From a virus (lineage: Duplodnaviria; Caudoviricetes): a DNA stretch of 33,142 nt. The stretch spans positions 1 through 33,142 of IMG/VR virus record IMGVR_UViG_3300025381_000061; one strand, written 5' to 3'. The notes under the pieces are model-generated. The model was not told the origin of the DNA, searched no databases, and saw only the letters and a program-made list of their open reading frames with translations. This document shows positions 18,996 through 25,603 of this stretch, one piece after another. The position numbers and the translations under genes were made by a program. How positions within the stretch are numbered: the stretch's first letter is position 1; each line of letters begins with the position of its first letter.

Positions 18996-19630
18996 GTGAC
19001 AAATTGACTCACGTTGGGGTGGTTGGCTTTGGGAATTTAGGTATCTGGTGTGTCTGGTGTGTCCCGTGGGTCTCTGTGATCAGGGTTCAAAATTTTGCAA
19101 AAAAATTCACGGGGGTCATATAGATATTTTTGGGAGCCCAGATTTTCCCCCCGCCCCCCGAGAATCCGGGCCGCCGTTATACCGGCCCCCGGGGATCGAA
19201 GCGCGCCGGGCCGCCCGGGATCATGGGGGCCGATTCGGCCGGGACCCCGTGGGGGCCGGGCTCGGTGTAGCGCGTGACATATTGACTCGGACCCCATGAG
19301 CCCATGAGCCCCGGCCGGGTTACCGGATACCGGCCCCACGGTTACGGGATCCCGTGGGTCCGGGGAACCCCAGCCCCCATTTCACCTTGATAGTTTTTCA
19401 CTATTGATCCGAGCAAATTAATAGATCGCTTCAATGATCATAAACCCAGCGGGGCACGATCCCCCGGCCCCATGCGATAGAATAACCCACGGGACCAAGC
19501 GCGCCCCCAGCATGTGACAAATTGACTCCGCGCGTGAACACTTTTATTTTCATTCGAATTAAGATCCCCCGGACACTAAATATATATAGTGAAAAAATAC
19601 ACCGCGCGCGCGGAGTCAATTTGTCACATG
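18996..19630. repeat. Four copies of 15-bp box GTGACAWATTGACTC; the last two form a 24-bp perfect inverted repeat
   Basis: 18996-19010 (+), 19274-19288 (+), 19514-19528 (+), 19613-19627 (-); IR arms 19511-19534 and 19607-19630. Confidence 0.92.
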
Positions 19631-19668
19631 ATCCAATTGTAAAGAATTGTAAAGCACGCACAAACCAA

Positions 19669-19696
19669 TGGACACATGGTCCCGGGGATGTACAAT
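19669..19696 (+). promoter_or_regulatory. Putative early promoter
   Basis: TGGACA-16 bp-TACAAT, preceded by tandem AATTGTAAAG x2 (19635-19654) and followed by hairpin ATGCACCGG/CCGGTGCAT (19704-19727). Confidence 0.55.
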
Positions 19697-19732
19697 GCAA
19701 CACATGCACCGGACAAACCCGGTGCATACTTT

Positions 19733-19759
19733 GTAACCGTAACCCGTAACCGTAAGGAT
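19733..19759 (+). repeat. GTAACC(C) intergenic linker, copy 1
   Basis: GTAACCGTAACCCGTAACCGTAAGGAT, ending in the RBS of the first early gene. Confidence 0.95.
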
Positions 19760-19764
19760 TGAAA

Positions 19765-19878
19765 ATGAGCTTCGATACATTTTGCAAATACACCGCTGGG
19801 GCCGCTTTGGTTTTGCTCGGCTTAACCTTGGTTTTGTCAATCGTGACATTCTCGGCCGCTTTTACTCTGGGGGCTTGA
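19765..19878 (+). CDS. Small membrane peptide (37 aa)
   Basis: MSFDTFCKYTAGAALVLLGLTLVLSIVTFSAAFTLGA; TAAGGA RBS; not in the ORF track. Confidence 0.7.
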   Translation: MSFDTFCKYTAGAALVLLGLTLVLSIVTFSAAFTLGA

Positions 19879-19880
19879 TC

Positions 19881-19979
19881 ATGTACAAAGATTTAACCCT
19901 TGATATCGCTTTAGCTTTGATCATTGCTGCAGTGCTTTGCGTGCTGGCATTGTCCTATTTTGACGTTTTGACCAAGTAA
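19881..19979 (+). CDS. Small membrane peptide (32 aa)
   Basis: MYKDLTLDIALALIIAAVLCVLALSYFDVLTK; GGGGG RBS. Confidence 0.7.
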   Translation: MYKDLTLDIALALIIAAVLCVLALSYFDVLTK

Positions 19980-20002
19980 CCGTAACCCGTAACCGTAAGG
20001 AT
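19976..20002 (+). repeat. GTAACC(C) intergenic linker, copy 2
   Basis: 27/27 identical to 19733-19759; supplies the upstream TAA stop and the downstream RBS. Confidence 0.95.
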
Positions 20003-20007
20003 AAAAA

Positions 20008-20310
20008 ATGAAAAACGATACCCCAGCAATTTTGAGCGCTGCAGTCGATCGCTTAGCCGTTATCAAGGCCACGATCGCCGAATTGAAAACAGAAGAAAAC
20101 AATTTAAAACAATCGTTGATCGATAGCGGGGCCGCTATCGTCGACGGGACTCTACACCGCGCCGCGGTGTCCTATTGTGACGGCCGCACGTCGATCGACT
20201 GGCAAAGTATCGCGGCTAAATTTAACCCCAGCCGTCAATTGATAACGGCCCACACGTCGACGGGGGATCCGTTCTATTCGGTCCGCGTGTCCGCACGTAA
20301 GGGGGCTTGA
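20008..20310 (+). CDS. Early hypothetical protein (N-terminal coiled coil)
   Basis: 100 aa; TAAGGA RBS. Confidence 0.8.
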   Translation: MKNDTPAILSAAVDRLAVIKATIAELKTEENNLKQSLIDSGAAIVDGTLHRAAVSYCDGRTSIDWQSIAAKFNPSRQLITAHTSTGDPFYSVRVSARKGA

Positions 20311-20312
20311 TC

Positions 20313-20594
20313 ATGAAAAAACAATTTAACCCATTTTTTGAGGTTTCGAGCCGATACGGTGCACCAATGGGCCGGCGTGGGGATAACCCGGCGAATTTGG
20401 CCGGTGTAAAGCGTTTACATGCCCGTCACCAAGGCGGGGGCGACGGATACGATAAGGGCGGGGCTTACTGGGGCACGCCGTGTAACGTGTGGGGCGTGTG
20501 GGCTCGGATCGACGGCGAGCCGTGTGTGGTTTATGTACGGGCGAATTCTAGAACGGCCGCTATCGATATGGTCCGCGCGGGGGATGCATCATGA
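20313..20594 (+). CDS. Early hypothetical protein with YGAPMGR / YDKGGAYWG motifs
   Basis: 93 aa; motifs recurrent in phage early proteins; ATG 20313 after GGGGG RBS. Confidence 0.8.
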   Translation: MKKQFNPFFEVSSRYGAPMGRRGDNPANLAGVKRLHARHQGGGDGYDKGGAYWGTPCNVWGVWARIDGEPCVVYVRANSRTAAIDMVRAGDAS

Positions 20595-20932
20595 GAATTT
20601 TGGCCACTAAATTGAGAAACCAATTTTCGAGCGCGTACACCGTAACCTTGAAAAATGTAATTATTAACGGCGACAAACGCGGATGCACCGGGTTTATATC
20701 GCGCGGGGATGCGATCGTGTACGTCAACACCGAGCTATTCGGACCTCAAGGGTACTTGTACCGCACGGCCGAGCACTTGAAAGACTACACGGGCGGACAG
20801 AATCGCTGGGCCCCGGACCTTGAATCATTGGTGAAAAGAATCACGGACCTATTGACGGCCGAGTCAATACGTAAGCGCGCCGGGATCCCGGCGGACAATT
20901 TGATCGTGTACACCGTGGGGGATTCAAAATGA
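20591..20932 (+). CDS. Early hypothetical protein with KDYTGGxN motif
   Basis: 113 aa; ATGA coupling at both ends. Confidence 0.8.
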   Translation: MRILATKLRNQFSSAYTVTLKNVIINGDKRGCTGFISRGDAIVYVNTELFGPQGYLYRTAEHLKDYTGGQNRWAPDLESLVKRITDLLTAESIRKRAGIPADNLIVYTVGDSK

Positions 20933-21609
20933 AATATCATTTCATCCGCGAATCGGGAAACCGAAAAACCGGCCCAATACCGGTTACTTACTCCGAGCGG
21001 GAAACGTGCCCAGAATCGTGCCCTCATTACCGCTCGGATTGTTACGCCGAAGACTATTACACGCGCTTATCATGGGATAAGGTCCCCCAGCGTGGGGGTG
21101 AATTGTCCGCGCTTTGTGAATCCGTGGCCCAGTTACCGGCGGGGCAATTGTGGCGCATGAATGTGGCCGGGGACTTACCCGGCCGCGGTGAATCCGTCGA
21201 TCCCGTGGCACTTGGTCAAATTGTCCGCGCGAATATCGGCCGCCGGGGGTTTACATACACTCACAAAAAATCCGCGGATGCCATAACGTGGGCAAAGCAT
21301 GCGACGGACTGGGGGTTCACCGTGAATTTAAGCGCGGATGATGCCGGCGAAGCGGATATATTAGCGGACCTTAATTCTGGGCCCGTGGTTTGTATTGTGC
21401 CCATGGATACCCCAGAAAAGACACAAACCCCCGGGGGCCGTTCAATCGTGGTTTGTCCCGCACAAACCCGGGACCATGTGACGTGCGAATCGTGTGGGCT
21501 TTGTGCGCGTGCGAATCGGGCCGTTATTGTGGGTTTTCGTGCCCATGGATCCAAAGCGAAACAAACCGATAGTAAAGCGCGCCGAATTATTCCAATTGCC
21601 ACGGCGTAA
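20929..21609 (+). CDS. Cys-rich GP88-like putative Fe-S / radical-SAM-related protein
   Basis: SGNRKTG...TCPESCPHYRSDCYA, WRMNVAGD, GFTYTH, NLSAD, CPAQ...TCESCGLCA...GFRAHG. Confidence 0.65.
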   Translation: MKYHFIRESGNRKTGPIPVTYSERETCPESCPHYRSDCYAEDYYTRLSWDKVPQRGGELSALCESVAQLPAGQLWRMNVAGDLPGRGESVDPVALGQIVRANIGRRGFTYTHKKSADAITWAKHATDWGFTVNLSADDAGEADILADLNSGPVVCIVPMDTPEKTQTPGGRSIVVCPAQTRDHVTCESCGLCARANRAVIVGFRAHGSKAKQTDSKARRIIPIATA

Positions 21610-21631
21610 CCCGTAACCCTTAACCGTAACC
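21605..21631 (+). repeat. GTAACC(C) intergenic linker, degenerate copy 3
   Basis: CGTAACCCGTAACCCTTAACCGTAACC, starting at the stop codon of the upstream gene. Confidence 0.85.
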
Positions 21632-21657
21632 CCCGGCCCATGTGGCCGGGCTTTTTT
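21632..21657 (+). terminator. Intrinsic terminator in the early operon
   Basis: CCCGGCC-CATGT-GGCCGGG-C-TTTTTT. Confidence 0.85.
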
Positions 21658-21675
21658 GATCCTTGAAAGTGAAAA

Positions 21676-21873
21676 ATGAAATACACCGAAGCCGAATATA
21701 TAAACGCGGGGTATCGATACGAGCGGGCCCCCAATAGGATCACGGGCCAAGCCGTGGCCGCTTTGATCCGGACCATGCTTGAATCCGAATCGATCCCGGA
21801 CCGGGGCGAAGCTCGCCGATTAATTGAGCTGGGCCGGGCCGAAGCGCGCCCACGCGCCCACGCGCACGCATGA
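21676..21873 (+). CDS. Early hypothetical protein
   Basis: 65 aa, MKYTEAEYINAGYRYERA...ARRLIELGRAEAR. Confidence 0.7.
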   Translation: MKYTEAEYINAGYRYERAPNRITGQAVAALIRTMLESESIPDRGEARRLIELGRAEARPRAHAHA

Positions 21874-21877
21874 GCCC

Positions 21878-22066
21878 ATGAGCACCCCCGCCCCCACGCG
21901 CCCACGCGCACCCGTGGCCATTGGGCCCCCTACGCGTGCGCCCACGCCTACGCGCACCCCCGCGCCTACGCCTGCCCAGGTCTGGCCGTTCCCACGGGCG
22001 ATCCTGCCCACGCGCCCCGGCGCGCCACTGTTTAACCCTGACAACTTCGAAGAGGCCCCACTATGA
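21878..22066 (+). CDS. Pro-rich hypothetical protein (62 aa)
   Basis: MSTPAPTRPRAP...VWPFP...FNPDNFEEAPL; ATGA coupling to the next gene; composition partly dictated by the motif array. Confidence 0.5.
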   Translation: MSTPAPTRPRAPVAIGPPTRAPTPTRTPAPTPAQVWPFPRAILPTRPGAPLFNPDNFEEAPL

Positions 22067-22407
22067 CCCTGCCCGATTGGATGAACCCACCCACGCCCAC
22101 GCGTGCGCCTACGCGCGCCCCTGAGCCCCCACGCGCCTACGCGTCCACGCGCACCCCTGAGCGCAAGCGCATACCGCTCCACGCGGATCCAGGCACGCCC
22201 AAACGCGTGTCGGACCTACGCGCACGCATGGGCCTGTCACTCAACAAAATGTCGCGCCTGATGGGCGTGGAGAATGCCACCTATCGCAAATGGGAAACCG
22301 GCGAACGCATCCCCACGGCCGCGGCTACGCGCCTGATCGACATCATGGAGCAGATCGAGACCCACGCCCCCGCGCTCCACGCGCGCCTGATCGCGGAGGT
22401 GATGTGA
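22063..22407 (+). CDS. Xre/Cro-type HTH DNA-binding protein
   Basis: LRARMGLSLNKMSRLMGVENATYRKWETGERIP. Confidence 0.85.
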   Translation: MTLPDWMNPPTPTRAPTRAPEPPRAYASTRTPERKRIPLHADPGTPKRVSDLRARMGLSLNKMSRLMGVENATYRKWETGERIPTAAATRLIDIMEQIETHAPALHARLIAEVM

Positions 22408-22547
22408 TGATCGACGACGACTACGACTTCGACCTCGAGGAGCTGCGCCAGGAGTCGCGCGCAGCCAGGTGGCTACACCGCCGGCTGCTCGACCACCCGG
22501 ACCCACAGGACCCAGACTACCCTGAGCTGGAGGATGACGAGGAATGA
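22407..22547 (+). CDS. Small acidic protein (46 aa)
   Basis: MIDDDYDFDLEELRQE...HPDPQDPDYPELEDDEE; GGAGGT RBS; TGATG coupling. Confidence 0.7.
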   Translation: MIDDDYDFDLEELRQESRAARWLHRRLLDHPDPQDPDYPELEDDEE

Positions 22548-22891
22548 CCCCGATCTCACTCGCCGATCGCCTACGCGCGCTCCTACGCGCGCACCCTGAA
22601 GGGCTGCGGGTCCTAGCGATCCAAGGTCATCTGGGGGGCGACTACCGAACCTCGATCGCCAACTGCTTGCGAAGGATGCCCGACGCCTACGTGAAGGACT
22701 GGGTCTGGCAAAGGACTGGCTGGGCTGCCGTGTGGGCGGTGGTCTACGACAAACCCAAGCCACAGGGCAGGCCGATCACTCGTCCTGATCCTCCAGCCCC
22801 TTCACGCGCCTACGCGCATGGGGGGCCAGCCGGTAAATCTCGTCAAGCTGGCGCTGTTTGGCCGCCAGCACTGCCGCGCGGTGGCCCTTGA
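22544..22891 (+). CDS. Hypothetical protein, possible winged-helix
   Basis: LRALLRAHPEGL...LRRMPDAYVKDW...AVWAVV; ATGA coupling; 3' end overlaps the primase gene convergently. Confidence 0.6.
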   Translation: MTPISLADRLRALLRAHPEGLRVLAIQGHLGGDYRTSIANCLRRMPDAYVKDWVWQRTGWAAVWAVVYDKPKPQGRPITRPDPPAPSRAYAHGGPAGKSRQAGAVWPPALPRGGP

Positions 22892-25238
22892 ACATGGTCA
22901 AGAGCTTGGGGTTGATGGCCCACTGGGCGAAGTGCTGATTCTCTTTCGTGCCGTCGTCCACGCGGATCACCCAGGTGGCCTGCTCTAGCAGCGCCATCGC
23001 GCCGATCACCATCTGGTCGGCCTGCCACTGGCTCACGCCCTCCACCTGCCTACGCGCGGACCTCTTGATCTCGCCCAGGGTCAGGGTTGACTTGTCAGCG
23101 TGCTGGATCACATAGTCGGCCACCCACGCGTCAAACGAGTTGCCGCCCACCTCGCCCAGGGAGTAGCGCAGCGCGGGGATCACATAGTCCTTCACCACGC
23201 GGATCACGCGCTCCACGATCTCAGGCCCGACCACAATGTCGAATGGCCGCTCCATGAGGTGGAACAGGATGATCAGCCTGCCGGTCGTGCCCTCGATCTT
23301 GCCAAACGCGGTCATGAACGAGTCAGGCGACGACAGGATGCGCTCGTCCTTCTTTGCGGTCTCATACCAGCGCTGGAACTCGCGGAACACCTTGTGGGCA
23401 GCCGGAGAGAGCTTGTAGGTCTGGGCCGGTAACGCGTAAACCAGGCGCAAAGTCTGCTCCCACTGGGCCTTGTTGGTCATGAACTCGGGGATGGGCTCAC
23501 CCAGTCGCGTCTTATCACCTCGCAGGATCGCAGGTATGAACCGCTGGAGCAGGCCATCACTGGTCAGGCTGGCCAGATTGTCGCGGTACACTTTGGGCTG
23601 GATGTTGCCGTAAATCGAGACAGCCAGGTTCTCGCAGTGGATCGACCCGGACCCCACCCGGTCCATGTCGTATTTTTCTGACTCGTAGCTGACAACCCAG
23701 GCTGAGCGATCCTCGCCGCTGGTCTTGTCGGTGAGCTTCTTCACCCAGCTGTTCATTTCGTCCAGGTAGCACAGCAGGCCCCGAGGTCTCTCAGCAGCCT
23801 GGCGCACGAGCTTCTGGGATGTTACGTCATTGACAACGATACGCACCGGCGTCGGGGCTGGCGGGAGATCGTTGACGACCGGTGCAGCCGATGGGTCCAG
23901 CTGACCCTCTGGTGTCTTATGGTACTCAGTGAAAGCCTTGTGCGCGGCCTCGTGGGCTGCCTCTTTGCCTTCCCAATCGAGCATTTCCTTCTTGTATCTT
24001 GGCGCGTCTTCTGATTCAATATCACGTAGCGCCGACAGCATGGGTCTGGAGCCTGGACTCTTTTTGTCTGCTGGATCCCCAATCGTCATGAGCCAGAGCA
24101 CCGGCGGGACCTGAAAGCCTGGCATCAACTCAAGTCGGATCTCAGCGTCGACAACCCCGCAGACAGCCGACAAGCCTGCGAAGAGCGGGACCAAAGGGTC
24201 ACAGCCCACACTTTCCGATACCTGCTGAGCCCTGGTGGCCAGCACAGATGGCCACAGCGACAGATCGATCTCAGGAGCCGGGGGCTTGAGCCCGGACATC
24301 ACCTCGAGCGGTGCGTCTGGCGACTCGATGGACTTGAACAGTTCTGATGCGTCTGGCATGGGCCTGCTCCATCCGTGCTGCTTGGCAATGTGAAAAAGTG
24401 TCCCGAGCTTGACACTGTTGACCTTGTCGGTCTTGAAGCTGTTCCACTGTGCAATGAGGGTGCGCTCTCCAGGGTACTTGGGCGAGGGCATCGACCACTC
24501 GTTCCAAAGCGAGAGCGCCTGATCGAGTTGATTGGTCTGCGACCCGGCCCAGTTGAGCGCCATGCCGACATGCACCCACTCTTCCCTTGAACAGTCTGGA
24601 TTGATGGCCTCCATGGCCTGGCGAATCTCTTCCCATGACGCATTGATGGCGTCCCCAGTGGTCAGGTTTCGCACCTTGTCCGAGTCAAGGAGCTTTTGCC
24701 ACAGATCGAGCAGAAACTGAGGGATGATCGGCAGCCGGGTCCAGTGACCCCGGCCTGCCCAGCGGTACGGTTGCAGGGTCTCAGGGTGAATGGATGGGGG
24801 CAGGACATCCTGCACCGTGAGACCGTTGGCCGTGCTGGAGCGCAGCTCGTAGACCGTCTGGCCATTGACCAAGACCTTCTTTGATGGCAGCGACAGACCA
24901 AAGGGCATGGAGTAGAGCAGCTTGCCGTGGCCAGCCTTGCCCGACTCGATGATAACGGCGTCCGGTGCGTCGTAGAGGGTCTTAAGATCGATGCCCTGGG
25001 CGATTGTTGCGTCCCAGTTGTCGATGTCAAAAGCCATCGTGCCGCTGTAAGCATGGGCAAGCCCGATGCCAAAGCCCGGCGGCAGCTGGGTCTGGTCCTT
25101 AAGTGCTTGGGTCTTTTGGTTCCAGCCTGCGGTGCGGGGTCCCTTGGTCCCTTGGGGGATCGGTACAAGTGACCAACCGTGGCGAATATAAGCATCGACT
25201 GATGCGGGGTGCTGTTGAACTGACTGTACAGGTAGCAT
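22776..25238 (-). CDS. Primase-polymerase / PriCT-2 / DUF3987 (YfjI-like) helicase fusion
   Basis: YIRHGWSLVPI..GTKGP...AFDID (Prim-Pol); REEWVHVGMAL...GTLFHIAKQHGW (PriCT-2); GDPADKKSP, LLCYLDEM, GNIQP, DGLLQRF (DUF3987); ATG 25238 preferred over TTG 25283. Confidence 0.85.
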   Translation of the reverse strand: MLPVQSVQQHPASVDAYIRHGWSLVPIPQGTKGPRTAGWNQKTQALKDQTQLPPGFGIGLAHAYSGTMAFDIDNWDATIAQGIDLKTLYDAPDAVIIESGKAGHGKLLYSMPFGLSLPSKKVLVNGQTVYELRSSTANGLTVQDVLPPSIHPETLQPYRWAGRGHWTRLPIIPQFLLDLWQKLLDSDKVRNLTTGDAINASWEEIRQAMEAINPDCSREEWVHVGMALNWAGSQTNQLDQALSLWNEWSMPSPKYPGERTLIAQWNSFKTDKVNSVKLGTLFHIAKQHGWSRPMPDASELFKSIESPDAPLEVMSGLKPPAPEIDLSLWPSVLATRAQQVSESVGCDPLVPLFAGLSAVCGVVDAEIRLELMPGFQVPPVLWLMTIGDPADKKSPGSRPMLSALRDIESEDAPRYKKEMLDWEGKEAAHEAAHKAFTEYHKTPEGQLDPSAAPVVNDLPPAPTPVRIVVNDVTSQKLVRQAAERPRGLLCYLDEMNSWVKKLTDKTSGEDRSAWVVSYESEKYDMDRVGSGSIHCENLAVSIYGNIQPKVYRDNLASLTSDGLLQRFIPAILRGDKTRLGEPIPEFMTNKAQWEQTLRLVYALPAQTYKLSPAAHKVFREFQRWYETAKKDERILSSPDSFMTAFGKIEGTTGRLIILFHLMERPFDIVVGPEIVERVIRVVKDYVIPALRYSLGEVGGNSFDAWVADYVIQHADKSTLTLGEIKRSARRQVEGVSQWQADQMVIGAMALLEQATWVIRVDDGTKENQHFAQWAINPKLLTMFKGHRAAVLAAKQRQLDEIYRLAPHARRRVKGLEDQDE

Positions 25239-25281
25239 ATAATTGACTCGTCTAATGGTGATTTCGCAGTTGCCTGACTTC

Positions 25282-25316
25282 AAGCCCCGGCCCTACCAGG
25301 TCGGGGTTTTCTTTTT
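25282..25316 (+). terminator. Hairpin with T-tract in the primase / replication-operon intergenic region
   Basis: AAGCCCCGGCC...GGTCGGGGTTT followed by TCTTTTT; also lies in the primase leader on the minus strand. Confidence 0.5.
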
Positions 25317-25343
25317 GGTCACATAAAAAATTTTAATTTGTTG

Positions 25344-25373
25344 TTGCACATTGTATCAGAAGTGTGTTACGAT
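25344..25373 (+). promoter_or_regulatory. Putative promoter of the replication operon
   Basis: TTGCAC-18 bp-TACGAT with extended -10 TGn and an AT-rich upstream tract. Confidence 0.5.
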
Positions 25374-25396
25374 TGATTCAACAAACGGAAATTTTT

Positions 25397-25603
25397 ATGG
25401 AAACCGTCGAAACCAGATCAAAATTTTTGACCATCAGGGTAAATCCCGATGTTCATAAGTCGTTCCGACTTAAGGCAGCAGCATACGGAGGTGTGTCTGA
25501 GGTCTTGAGGGAGCTCGTAAGTGCGTTCATTGATGAGCGCGTAATTGTTAGTCCAAACCCTGAAAGAAAGAGTATTTATCATGTCACTAGAAGCCAAAAT
25601 TGA
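25397..25603 (+). CDS. Ribbon-helix-helix (Arc-like) regulator
   Basis: KFLTIRVNPDVHKSFRLKA...VSEVLRELVSAFI; ATG 25397. Confidence 0.7.
   Translation: METVETRSKFLTIRVNPDVHKSFRLKAAAYGGVSEVLRELVSAFIDERVIVSPNPERKSIYHVTRSQN

Larger units (their letters stand above)
21851..23210 (+). repeat. Dispersed, strand-polarised YACGCG motif array
   Basis: About 25 YACGCG (about 23 as CYACGCG) counted on the + strand, plus YACGCC/YACGCA variants. Confidence 0.9.

Noticed and set aside
18929-19793. ORFs in the control region (19037-19339, 19048-19299, 19431-19793, 19522-19749)
   Set aside because: Compositionally implausible translations of repeat and palindrome DNA with no RBS.
19733-21631. TAACCC-like repeats as telomeric sequence or a CRISPR array
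   Set aside because: Only three short intergenic clusters separated by whole genes; no regular spacer length and no cas operon (DUF2800 is a stand-alone phage nuclease).
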